In this document: positions 11,790 to 23,807 of the stretch, piece after piece
Layout of the letters: the number at the start of each line of letters is the position of its first letter
Numbering within the stretch: position 1 is the first letter of the stretch
From: Amphiscolops sp. MND2022
Taxonomy: Eukaryota
DNA length: 64,000 nucleotides
Direction of reading: 5' to 3'
Assembly: GCA_964187785.1 (NCBI GenBank)
Contig: OZ076409.1
Location: 89,344,001 to 89,408,000, forward strand
Notes under the pieces: model-generated
Database searches by the model: none
What the model saw: only the letters and a program-made list of their open reading frames with translations
What the model was told of the DNA's origin: nothing
Position numbers and translations under genes: made by a program

Positions 11790-12888
11790 GTAAATGTAAT
11801 ATCAACATTTCAATGAAAATATGAAAAACCTAAGCTTAAGCTGAGTTCTTTATTTAACGTTTTTCAAAAATGCTTTAAGCAGCTTGGACATTTTTTCAAA
11901 GCACAGGGAAATGCTGCCAGGATTTTCCATGCTGCAGGGAAGTTTTGCAAGAATTTTCCATGCAGGGTCCCTGAATTTTCTATGTTTTTTTAAAAAAATT
12001 AGCCTGCGCGCATTAATGCTGCATGTAAAAAGTTCCTGTAGTTTCGACCAGGGACTGCTTCAGCCTGAAACTACTGAACTATTTGCAATAGAAGCATACA
12101 GCCAAGTCCTGAAGGTCAAAGACAGACGAAAGGATAAAAGAGAATGATTGCACTGGGGCGTTCTTAAACATGCTGCCTTCTGAGGTACTTTGCGCCGTGA
12201 TAGGTTTTAGTGACAACATACTTTCAGGGCTCGTACCCAGTCAACATATTTCAAAATTTACAGAAACAAATTTTAAAAAAAAGTTTCTTCAAAGAAATTC
12301 CAAAAAGTTTGGAGTCATTTCAGGCAGTTTCTGTTAACAATACTAAAGAAAAAAAAGAATGCTAAGTAGCTCATTGTTTGTCGTTGAACTCTGTGGATAT
12401 TCATACACATGAAAGTTTTGAAAAATATATCAAAATTGCCCAAAACGTTCGAAAATTTGAAAATGGCATATTTGAATTAAATTTTCTTGAGTAGTTGGCG
12501 GGTCTCTGATGCATTCTAATTTGTCCTTAACTTTTGATAATCATTTTTCTGGTGTTCACAAACAAACCCTTCTAAGTTGTCTTTAAAAAGAGTTACATTT
12601 CACCTAATTAAAGCCTTGAGTTGTGCGAATGAGAATGGTGTCTATTTCAGTGCTTTCTGTGAATAATTTCTACCAACTTATAATTTTAAAATTTCATTTT
12701 TTTTCAAGTTTAAAATTTATTCAAACGAGAATAATTTGATTTTTTAGCATTGTCATGCATCAATGATTCATAAATTTATCAGCTAATCTATCCCAGTAAA
12801 GAACTTTAATAAGCGTTCAATTTTTTGCTCATGAACATGAAAAGTAAATGAAGTTTGAGATACCTTTTGTCAAAATTTTTGTTGGCAG

Positions 12889-13542
12889 AATATTGGCCCA
12901 CTTGCTGAGAGAGAAAAGGCACATGGAGATCTGCGGAAACTTTTGACCCATAGGGACAAGTACGGGTGGAGTTGCTTAAGATGGGCTTGTCGGTTTGGGA
13001 GCTTGGATGCGGTTAAATCTTTAATTTTCCACGGAGCTGACTGGGCGGACGATATGGATCCTGATGGAAGGACTTTGCTGCATCTTCTATGCGTGACTGG
13101 ACACAGCCATGTTTTAAATTTCCTGCTCAAGTTAGACTCGAAGCAAGCGGAGCCCTACAAAGTTGCAAAAACGAAAGACGCATTTGGTCTGACGTGTTTG
13201 CACTGCGCCTGCTTCTTTGGAAGAACGGGGGCTGTGAATGTTATTTTGGGTGTGATTCCAGACTTACAGGCTGAGACATTTTTGGGCATCAACTGTCTGA
13301 CTATTTCAAAATCGTGTATCTTTGAGGATAAGACGAGTTTGATAGACTTATTCGAACAGACTCTTGAAGCACAACATCTTGACGAAGACCAAGAAGCAGT
13401 GATAAGGCTCTGCTCGGAGCGGATGTTCCAGTTGAATTTCAATGCGTTCATAGATACGTTTGAGGAAATGGCTATTATCAAAAGACTGTATCTTAAGTAT
13501 GTTCCATGTATGATAGTAATGGCAATTTTCAATGTACCGTGA
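12889..13542 (+). CDS. Ankyrin-repeat protein, last coding exon
   Basis: Acceptor TTTTTGTTGGCAG|, phase 0, compatible with the previous exon; DKYGWSCLRWACRFG, DPDGRTLLHLLCVTGH, DAFGLTCLHCACFFGR. Confidence 0.85.
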   Translation, partial: NIGPLAEREKAHGDLRKLLTHRDKYGWSCLRWACRFGSLDAVKSLIFHGADWADDMDPDGRTLLHLLCVTGHSHVLNFLLKLDSKQAEPYKVAKTKDAFGLTCLHCACFFGRTGAVNVILGVIPDLQAETFLGINCLTISKSCIFEDKTSLIDLFEQTLEAQHLDEDQEAVIRLCSERMFQLNFNAFIDTFEEMAIIKRLYLKYVPCMIVMAIFNVP

Positions 13543-13964
13543 TTTAGTTATCATAGGAAATATTACTCAACCAAAATTAATGGTCGCAATTCAAAAATGT
13601 ATATAACTTTCACTTCAAATGATATATTTTCAGATTCCAAACTGTCAATTCGAAAGTATTCAATTTAATGGTTGTCGTTGAAAGACTTTTGCACGAGAGA
13701 CACAATTAAAGGTTGAAAACAAGCCATTGCGAGCATCAAGGGTGCATAACAATCATCAAAACATGCGAATTTGTTTCTAGAAAATAGCAGGTTAGGATTT
13801 TCAATTGGTCGTTTGTAGCGTCGAAGTCAAAAAGACATTAGTTTAGAAACACTTGCTTGGTTACTAATATCCAAGATCATGCCCATCCGTCCAGGTCTCG
13901 ACAAACAATAATTCCGAGAGTTTCATTTGAGATAAGTTTTATTCGGCGCATCATGAAGTGAAAC

Positions 13965-14586
13965 GCGACTATTATAGTGACTCTTTTTTCAATCCATACG
14001 AATTGACCAAAGTAGTTCTACAAAAGTTCTACGAAATTTTATGGTGTCAAATTGAACGAAAGTTCTACGAAATTTTATCGTGTCAAAGTGAACCATTTGG
14101 CCTAGCCAACAAAATCAAAAACGCTTTTTTCCTCGTAACATACAATACCGGGCCAGACTAAAGGGTCCCCTTTCAGTTTTTTTGGCATTGTGAGACTTTT
14201 TCGAAAAACCAATTTTCGCCCCTCTCCAATTTTTTGACGTTTCGCAACAATGGATGTTTAACAAGCCGGGAACGACCCGAGTCGGCGCCATATTTAAGGC
14301 TCAAAAATAGGAAAAGGACTTCGAAGTGTCAAGTAATCTCCGGTCTTGTCGAGTAAGTCCCCGGTAATCGCATAGTGCCAAAAAATGTACCATTTGGGAT
14401 TGCTTGAACATCAATTCTGTTGAAAAATAAAGAAAAAATTTAAAGAAGACCCTTTGGAGACATTAGAAAAATTTGCGAAAAAAGTCTCAACGCCGAACTA
14501 ACCTGCACAAAAAGACTTTCGTCAAGGACGAGACTCGAAAAGCCATTGCTAAAGTATGCGTTTTCTACGAAAAGCGCCAACTAAAA
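13965..14586. mobile_element. Helentron/DINE-like non-autonomous repeat (copy 14261-14586 plus adjacent related fragment)
   Basis: ACAAGCCGGGAACGACCCGAGTCGGCGCCATAT start, ...GCGCCAACTAAAAA end; 13965-14200 matches 39165-39350. Confidence 0.65.
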
Positions 14587-14639
14587 ATCCGAGAGGGACT
14601 TCCCTTTTAGCGCAAAAAGATTCGAAACTCTTTATGTGA

Positions 14640-17625
14640 GTGTGACAGAGTGCAAGCGGTCACTTACCTAACCTCACTAAATTGTATCAAAATCGCAAGT
14701 TGTTACTAACACAACCCTAGAAAAGAAGTCATAAGAAAAGAAAAATTATCATATGGCCTTATTCTGAATTACAGTTGCATCAATAATTAAATTGTTTTCA
14801 TTCGAAAGTTCTGAGAAGTCTTCAGCTATAACATGGCGCTGCGAGATTCAGCAGACAATGGAGAAGTGGCAAAGTCTGGGAATGCGTCAGTTGTGTAGGG
14901 ATTGCCAGTATACTGGTATTCGGCGGACACAGCACCTAGAACAGAATGGGAGAAATAGTGGGACTTCTTCAAACTTGCAGTAAGAACAAAAGATTCCTTG
15001 TCAGTGAATGAGTTATTTGAGAATAGCCACGGAACAAGCAGCGAGACACTTGGCCCTGATAAACAACCTCAACGAACAAGCGGCAGAAAAGAAAATAATC
15101 AGTGTCGTTTTCTTAGGAACAGCTGGCAGAAAGAGCGTAACGGACAAACTTCCAGAGATGAGAGTATCCACCGTGACATTACGTGAGCTGCGAACAAACA
15201 TGAGCATGTGACCAAGCATTCAGCCAACGGAGAAATAGAACACTGGAAAGATTCAAGCTTTTTTCACGAAATCAAAACGAAAAGGAGACGCTGAGACAAT
15301 TTTGGCACACGCTAACAGGATTACCCGCAAATAGCAAGTTTGGCGAACCGACGAAGTGTCTAGTGATGGACTAGTTTGTACAGGACATGAACAACAAGTC
15401 CGAGTGGGATAGACTGTGCACTGAACCAACAGTAGAGCCAGAGGATGCTTTTCACTTGGCTAAGTCAACCAACACAAAACATACGACGGAAGAAATGCCT
15501 TCAAAGAAATAAAACGAGGTTCAGTCTTTGCGGTGAACGAGCTAAATAATTCCGTGCAAAAGATGAGACCTGGAACTCACAAATAAACGTTTAGCAGAAT
15601 GCAAGGCAAAGCATGAAAAATGTAGAAACTCTGCGCTAATTGGTCATTTCGCACGAATTTCAAGGAGCCAAAATCAAAACACTTCAGGTGTCGTGGCAGG
15701 AACAACAATCATCTTGGACTGAGAAGAGTTAACCTCATTCGACAAGACGACAACCAATCAGACGGAAATAGCTAGGCACAAGAAGACAATGTGTTCCTTC
15801 ATCTAGAAGGCATGGAAGTACATTCGCCGTTCGTAATGAAAGAAAAATTAAATAAACAACCCTTTATCACAATGGTCGACTCTGGCTCATCCATATCAAT
15901 TTTCACAAAAACTGACTTTCGAAAACTTCTAAAAACAGATGTGACAATTGCCAGACCATTCGAAAGAATGAGAGCTTTGTTCATTACAAAAATCAACTAC
16001 TAAATCTGGGAGGATTTATTAACGAAGAAGTCCAAGTGGGAAAACGTAAAATCAAAAATGCAAGGGTCATTATCACACAAGATGGAAAAAGATCACTGAT
16101 TGGCAAAGATTGGTTAGCGCAACTAAACTATTACGTTGGCGAAGCAAACACCATAATGAGTATAGTAGCGTTGTTAGATTTATAAAAACCAAAGAAGTCT
16201 AAAATTTTAAAAAAATAATTTCCCCAGCTGTTCACAACAAAGGGAAAAAAGAGACATGGGAAAAAAGCTTTTAAAGAAAACGCAACGTTTACACAACAAA
16301 ACGGCAGAAGAGTGTCGCTACAACTCCGAGAGGAGAAAAAATAGACAAGTTGCTAGCGGACGGGCACAATCATCGGAAGAAGAATATCAACGACGAAGTA
16401 TTCAGTCAGCCAGTAGTGATAATTGTCAAATAACAAATCCTACGAAATAGCACTGAAAGCCAGGACACTGAACAATGCCATATAAAAGGAGAAAAACTAG
16501 GTATCCAACTTGCAGATTCTGATGGATCAAGTCCCCGCGATAATCAACAGTAAGAAGACAGAACAGTAAGGTGCACATAACTGGTAATGCTATATGCATA
16601 TTGTCAAACTGAGCTTCACCCGGAAACAGCTAGACATTGCAATTTCGAAAATATTCGGAGGAAAGGCAACTGAGACGTAAGCGTTCAAGACTGGGATTAA
16701 TTGGGTGACCATAACGCCCCAGAACTCCTCAAAAGTATGGGTAACATACAGCACGAATTCCCAACACATTAGCTTTCATTGACAACATCTTGGTAGTGAC
16801 AAAAGGTAACAAAGAAGATCACATGAGTGAAGTAGAAGAAGTACCCCGGACACTATATGAAGCGGGAATTCTCCTGAATTAGAGAATTGTAAATTCGCGA
16901 AAACAAGCATGGAACTGTTGGGTTTCATTTGGTGAGGAAGTGGATAACACGAATTGACTAAAAAATTCAAGCAATCACTGACAAATTGAAACCGACAAAC
17001 CTTAAGGAACTTCGGTCATTCATGGGAGAAATAAAACAGTTGAACTGATTTACTCCAAACCTGGCAAAACTTTGCGCACCATTACGACAACTATTAAGCA
17101 AAGGAGGGGGAGCGGACGGAAGAAAATGAAAAAGACCTTCAAACAATACAGAAGGCAATACAATAAATCACGGCAAAAAAACACTTTGAAAAAATCAACC
17201 AAAGAGAAGTGTGCGTGATGCCAGTCAAGAAAGATTGGGGCAGTATTGCAGCAGAAATCAGAAGATGGTTGGAGATCAGTCCACTTTGCGTCGAGATTTC
17301 TAACATCCTTTGAACAGAAGTATTCTTTTAACGAACTGGAACAACTGGCAGTTATATTGGCCTAGGAAATTTCAGAATCTACAAATATGGCACAGCGTTT
17401 GATGTAATTTCGGATCACAAATCGCTAACTTTTGTTTTGAAAGGAAATAGGGCAAATAACAACATTTTCTAGTGGGCATATTAGGTGGATAGACTTGTTA
17501 TTGCAGTTCCAATGCACAGTAATACTTGCCCCAGGGGGAACATTAGGAATGGCAGACTATTCGTCAAGGCATCCCTCAGATAGCAATAGAACAAACCAAA
17601 TAAAAGAAAAAGAAATCGAGAGGCA
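14640..17625 (+). mobile_element. Highly degraded Ty3/gypsy remnant (gag-PR-RT-RNase H, integrase missing)
   Basis: ..TATAACA then PBS-like TGGCGCTGCGAG (14834); protease MVDSGSSISI; RT remnants; RNase H DASQ..WRSVHFASRFL..NELE. Many stops and frameshifts. Confidence 0.8.
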
Positions 17626-17947
17626 TATTTAAAAACCTGTTGGCAGATTGAAGCCTGTCCCGTGCAACAAGCCCCATCCCTTCAGGTTCATCATTCTCTT
17701 GTAACATTGTCTTGCTTGGCGGCAGCTGGCTGTTACAAAATATTCGTCAGCACCCTGACCGTATACCACTGTCAGTTTTCCAGCGAGTAGTTTCAGAAAG
17801 ATATTTTTCGGTTGAAAAAAAAACAAACTCAAAAACAATCGGGGAACAGTAAGCCCCAGTGACAGTATTTTCGAAAGTCGTTGTATCCGAATCCATTTTA
17901 TTCAGAAAAGTATTATCACTGGAAAGCCAAACCTACTACATTAGAAA

Positions 17948-18386
17948 ACAAGCCTGGAACGGCCCAAGTCGGCGCCATATCTAAGGCTCCAAAAGACGAA
18001 AACCATTTTTTCTACAACTGGAGACAACAAAAGCTCTCAAAAAACTAAAAATTTAGAAAAAAATTTTCCGAACATCCATTCTGTTGCAAAATATCAAAAA
18101 TTGATGGGAGGAACAATAAGAAAAATTTCGGAAAAAATCAGTCTCACAGTGCCGAAAAAAGGAGGAAAGTCTCATAGTGTCGAAAAAAGTGGACCCTTCT
18201 GCTTTGGACTGGCTTTTTATCTCATGTTAGAGGCTTTGGATGCGTTGAAAATGAATACTAAGTACATATGGTAAAAGTTGGTAAATGTGCATTAATGCCC
18301 AAAAAGTGGACGTTGCGCGTTGAACTGACGAAAAAAAACTAACCACTGTAAGAGTTGGGATTTTCTTCGATAACGCCGACCAAAAA
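17948..18386. mobile_element. Helentron/DINE-like non-autonomous repeat
   Basis: Family start ACAAGCCTGGAACGGCCCAAGTCGGCGCCATATCTAAGGCTC and end CACTGTAAGAGTTGGG...CGCCGACCAAAAA. Confidence 0.7.
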
Positions 18387-19276
18387 GAAGGAAGAAAGTT
18401 GGCTCAAACTTCTAGGTTAGGTCCTCAATCATCACCCAATACGTTGAGTGCAACATGACATAATGGGATCATTGTGAGGTGGTAAAAGCATTCGACCTGT
18501 ACTGGGGCGGTATCAGGATCGCATCTCTCTCGACGCACCATTGTTAGGCCTTAAACCAGTCCTTCATCCATAGCTCAGTGGTATCGTCAGTGACAAAAAA
18601 CGCATTTGGGGAAGGAAATCAAAATTGAAAGAGCCACAGCGTGCAGTCAGACCTTTGTCACCTTGAGGGAGTCACTTTGAAACGACAGCTTCAAGTACAC
18701 CATTGCTTGATCATTTGGCTGCAAATATGGTACCATAGCTTGCTATGGGAAGATAGCACCCGAGAGGGCGCCGACTTTGAAATGTAGAACTGCTTATTCG
18801 GCGTCCACCCCGCTGATTAGGAAAAATTAACTATTTTCTTCTGCTTGATAATGGCTATTAACGTTTCTCCCGACCTGTTTACACAAGGAAATGCAATTTC
18901 AACCGTTTGTAACATGGTCTGCAAAGATTTTAAACCAATGTTTTATGATCTAGGAAGAATTCTAAGAAACAACTACAACTGTAGGTGTCAACTTTTGTAT
19001 TTGTGACAGTTTTCAAAATATTTAGGTTTGAATGCTGCTATTTTAAGCAGGTGATTGCATTGTCATTTGCGAAAACCAGTGTTTTCATGTCCTTCCTTTC
19101 GTTCCCTTTTATCATTCTGTTGGTTTATAAATTTCTGTTATACCTATACGCTTTGTGCTGTTGCAAATCTTTGATCACGCATTTCATTTTTTTAAATTGA
19201 AAAAAACTATTTGATTTGGCAGTAATAAATCAATTCATGAGAGAGTTGCGAAGTGAATAGTGTTTGGAAAATGGAG

Positions 19277-19371
19277 TTAGATGTTAGCAGCTGGCTTCGC
19301 TTTTCCTTCGAGGTACTTTCGCCACTCTTGTCTATGTTTCTGATCCAGCACGTTCAAACCGACCCATTTAG
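19277..19371 (-). CDS. Uncharacterised 406-aa host protein, exon 7 (terminal)
   Basis: Acceptor TTTGCTTTTAG|, phase 1 matching exon 6 donor; reads (T)KWVGLNVLDQKHRQEWRKYLEGKAKPAANI*. Confidence 0.62.
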
Positions 19372-19544
19372 CTAAAAGCAAACAAATGTCTGACAGCAAT
19401 GATTATCATTGGAAATTATAACAGCATTCATGTTGAATTTCGAAAATTTGTTCTTGTTTTACTAAATATTCACATAATGTGGAAGTTGAAAGGTCGGAAT
19501 TGCAATCGGCACAAATTTTTTTTCTATCTGAGAATTGCACCCTC

Positions 19545-20265
19545 TGTAACGTCCAACAGTCAGCACCAAATTTTCGATGAATAATTCGATCAAGAACCAG
19601 AAAGTGTGCGAATCAAAATGGCCGACCTGGCAGGTCGTTGAAACCAAAAAAGAAACAAAAAGAAGAGAGAGAACGCCCGAAAAAAGAGCAAGGAAGAAAA
19701 GGAACCAGAAAGCAGAGCGACTATTGACATGAAGACTCGCATAGTGCCGAAAGTGACGAATGCTACCCGGTGTTGTGCCATCCCTCTGGGAGAGAATGCA
19801 AAACCGTTCCAGAAGGACATGACTGGATTCCCGAAAGCCTACAAACAGTAACTGTACTCCCTTTTGGGGCTCGTCCCCCTTAATTTGTTGATTCGTAATA
19901 TATTCTTCTGTTTAGCTTATGCCAGACCTTCTAGGTCAGCATTTCATATCCCTAACTGTCAAAATGGTATTTTTTGGATAAACACTTTTTGGACCTCGGA
20001 AGTATGTAGGAAGTCGTAGGAAGACTTAGAATTATGTAGGAACGTTTTTACAGGCTTGTGGGGCGTGTCCGGACTTTGAGAGCGCCGGCGCGTCGCCTCG
20101 GAGCTCTAACTAGAAGAGTCTCCTTAGACGTTAGAAAAGTCCCCCATGGAGACCATTTTGGGAGAAAAGCCAGTGTCTAGGAGTGTAGTAAGACAACGGT
20201 CTCCTGTTTAAGCACCCTAGGCATTGTCCCACTTCCGGGATGCGCGCCGCTAGCCGGACGTTACA
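19545..20265 (+). repeat. 5' LTR
   Basis: TGTAACGTCC...GGACGTTACA (10-bp terminal inverted repeat); direct repeat of 38135-38855 with ~7 substitutions counted by eye. Confidence 0.97.
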
Positions 20266-20281
20266 TCTGGAATAGTTTTTA

Positions 20282-20298
20282 TGGCGACCACAGAGGGA
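20282..20298 (+). promoter_or_regulatory. Primer binding site, tRNA-Arg(UCG)-like
   Basis: TGGCGACCACAGAGGGA, also present in the two related elements (57177; 55263-55279 minus with one change). tRNA assignment is from recalled animal tRNA 3' ends. Confidence 0.7.
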
Positions 20299-23200
20299 TA
20301 ATTTTCCTTACCGCGTCCTGCGAGGAGCAACTCCTGCTTTCCGGCCCTGTAAGGTCCGGATCTAGGAGAGGCTTTTGGGAGGGTCCTGGATTGTTTTTAT
20401 TGCTTTTTTCTAGCCCTTTGGGCCTTGTATTAGTGTTTTTCCTGCGTTTCCTGCATGTTTCCGAGGTCTCCAGCCTGAAAAAGACAGTTTGAGACAGAGT
20501 ACCCCCTTGTACCTTATCTGTACTTATTAAAAGAGCTATTCCGGCCTATCCGGAACGTGTTTTAACGGGTTTTCCAGCTTCTTTTCAGCCAATTGGCAAT
20601 GTACAGGGACTGCGAGGACGGTTCGTGAAGACCCGAGCTAGCTGAGTGCAGGACTACAGGTGCTTCACGTCATAACCTCTTCCTCCCCACCTGGTGCCGG
20701 TTCGACGAAGATAGCTGGGTTATTTCGTTCCCTTTACGTTTTCTAGCCCAAAATTAGTATTCCCAGGCCTGTTTTTGCATGAACTAATTGAGAAAAATAC
20801 CCACAGGGTGTTTGCATCAATTATTTTGAAGTTTGAGCTCGAAAACATCGGAAATAACACTAATAATGGCTCAAATATCGAATTTTCCCGTTTTGGAAGC
20901 CAGAATCTTGTAGAATTGTATACGGCCTATGGGAATACCTGAAAAACGTTCTGTCAGACCTACCAAGTCGAGAACAAAATTTTTTGTTGGGCTATCCTTT
21001 TGAAAAACATGAAAAATTCAGCAATTTTTGTTTAAAAATCGGCAAAATTGGCCATTTTGACCAATTTTGGTAAGGGCGAAGCCTTGGGCGTTTGTACCCA
21101 AGCCTCTTGAAAGGCCCAAAAGTTTTGTTGTTGCGCTTGGTAGTACGCAATACTACTACCAAGACGGTTTTTGACTGCCCCCAATATAAATTGAAGTTTT
21201 AACATCACTTTTCTTTCATTAAAATAGACCTGAGTGAAGGACCCCATAGATCTGAGTGTAATTGAAATCAAAATAATTATTGCAACTACCCCAGCCCCCT
21301 GAATAAAGTTATTACGTATCCTAACTCTACTAATAAAACCAAACGGAACACCAGAGAACAAAAAAAACATCGGATTATTGACGAAAACACGTATTTTCAG
21401 TACTGTTCCGAGGGTGTAAAAAGTGCAATCGAGAAATTTTGTGAGAGACCTTGTTTGAAACCTACCAGGTTTTGCTCGCCTATTTCCAATTAATAGAGAG
21501 CGTAACGTTGCAAACGCTGAAAACCGCAAGCAATTCTGAACAGTGGTTGTTGAGAAATAGTCGAAAACGCACTATTTTTGCGTCAATTTCGGAATTCGGC
21601 AACCTCGTATTTTCAACAAGTCGAAATCTCTCCTAACAAGAAGAGCTAAAAACGGATTGCACTATTGTGTAGAGCGCAAAAAGTTACGCTAGTAGCGTGA
21701 TTTTGATAGCCCTACTGTGAATACCCGCAGAGATAACTTAGCCGCAGTTTTGTTCAGAAAGTGTACCAAATTGCCGAAAAATCGAAAATTTAATTGAGCC
21801 TGGTGTGATATCTCCGGGATATCCCGGCACCCTATTTTTCCTATTTTCGTCCTCGGGGTACCAAATCCCGGCGATTTGTGCAATTTGAGCAGCCAACTCC
21901 CGGCCGAAGCTGAGAAATTGACATTTTTGTGAATTTTGACCCAAAGAAGTGGTACCTCCGGTACATCAAGGTTTTGTCACTTCGGATCGCCCGATATTGA
22001 TCCAGGCACCTCGCCGCTGGGTTTTTTTGTTGCGTAAGCATAAGTTACGCTCGCATGCGAAATTTCAGGTAGCTGGGACGCCTAGGACGCGAGTTATACC
22101 ACTTTTTGCGAATTTCACGACATAGTCGATTTTTTAATAAACATTGTTAAGTGGCCGTAACACCCATTGGGTCACTTTTGGCGCAATCGGAGATTAATTC
22201 CCCACGATTTGGCCAGTATAATACACGGTGTGAAATTTTCAGGTCGCTAGCTGCACTAGAAGTGATTTTCACCTTCCCCGGAGGTGTTACTTGACGAGAA
22301 AAACAGCGTTTCGAGTGAACTTTGACTGAAAATCCGCGCACTTCTAGTCCTGATGTGCCTCACTCAGGACTGAAACGACCTGTTTAGCGCATCAAGCAAA
22401 TTCCACACGGTCCACTGTACTTACAAAATCCGCGTAGGGCTGACCCCAAGACCAGCGACCTCCCACTAAACACTCTACGAGACTAAGAGACGGTAACCCT
22501 AAAAACCGAAATTCGTTTCTTTCCCGCCACCAAAGTCGCCTAGGTGCAATTTGCTCGTCATAACCACATATACTCTACCCTGAGGGTGCAAGAGTGTGAC
22601 TGGGAGCACCAAAGCAGTCATAGACCAGGTTTGCGGGACGCGTAGAGAAAGTAGAACAAGTACACAAGAGACCACCCATATCGTTGTAAATTCTTTGACC
22701 CACGAGCCGTGGGGCTATAGACCAGAGTACCACTCAATACTCAACCCCCACGTTCCCAATCAATCCCCAGATCATTCCCCGTCCATCGCCCATCCATTGT
22801 TCCCGAATCAACCTCGTCGTACAAGCGTATAAAACAACCAAAAGTGAACCCCATTGCGCTCTGCGCGAGGGATACAAAAAGAAATTTCCGCCGACGAGTT
22901 TGAAGCTAACCCATTAGTTTTCATTTAACGATAGCAACAAGGCAGGCTTGCGGTCACCTAAAAGCAGAAGTCAACTTAGCGTGTAGTAATTTGTAGTTGT
23001 GATCACAAAAAAAAACTAAAAAAAAATTTTTTTTTGCTGAGAAAACCAAACCTTCTCCTAAGTGAGGGACAAGCAAACAAAATTTCAGTTAAACCAACCA
23101 GCGATAGTGTGCCTAGTGCACTCTGAGAGTGAAAGAAGGAGTTCAAGCCCACATAGTAGGTTTCAACCTCAATACACAAAAGACCGGCCACTCCGAGCGG

Positions 23201-23424
23201 CTAGGCACACCGAATAGCTTAGTAGGATTAGTTAGTTAGCGCAGTCTAGATAGTACCCCTTTGAGTCATTCAGCTAAAGCAAACCTTTCTCACTCCATCA
23301 TTTACCACTTGTTTTGCGGGGGGAAGGAAGTAGAGAGAAATCAAATCAAAAAAAAATTTATTTTGTTGCGTGCTGCGTGGAAACTTCGTGAGCAGCGCAA
23401 GCTAAAATATCTCATCCCGTGGCC

Positions 23425-23807
23425 ATGGAACGACGCGAAGCTAACGCTACCATAAGCGACCTCCACGCCACCAATCCTTTCAGAAGGGGAAGGGAAGCCA
23501 CGATTGAACAAAACGAATGTAGACTAGACTCCGCCATAGCAGCCATGTTTTCAGAAGTCATGTCTGACTACGTACCGAGCCAAGAGCAAAACGCGGAGAT
23601 AGCTGTTGCCACGAGCCAGCCTAACTCCTCGCGACCCTCCCCGACAGTACCAATCCACAAGATGGTGCTGAAACCACCACGCAAAGAAACACATGGCCTC
23701 CGCTGGAAGTCACTGACTACAGCTGGGAAAATTGGCCAAACTCCAACCAAGGGCCCACATGTGAGCCCAGCACTGCTGACACCCCCATTGAACAAGATGA
23801 CACTCTA
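23425..23807 (+). pseudogene. Probable true N-terminus of Gag, separated by one frameshift near 23600-23625
   Basis: ORF MERREANATISDLHATNPFRRG; the gag-pol frame is itself open from 23625, and that segment resembles ORF 59967-60257 of the related element. Confidence 0.5.

Noticed and set aside
17629..18830. Additional minus-strand exons (weak C-type-lectin-like WFKA*QWC pattern near 18540)
   Set aside because: In-frame stops and no consistent splice model; at best a pseudogene fragment.
19590..19820. 76-aa antisense hydrophobic ORF repeated at 38180-38410
   Set aside because: Arises from the purine-rich LTR strand; the duplication simply reflects LTR identity.
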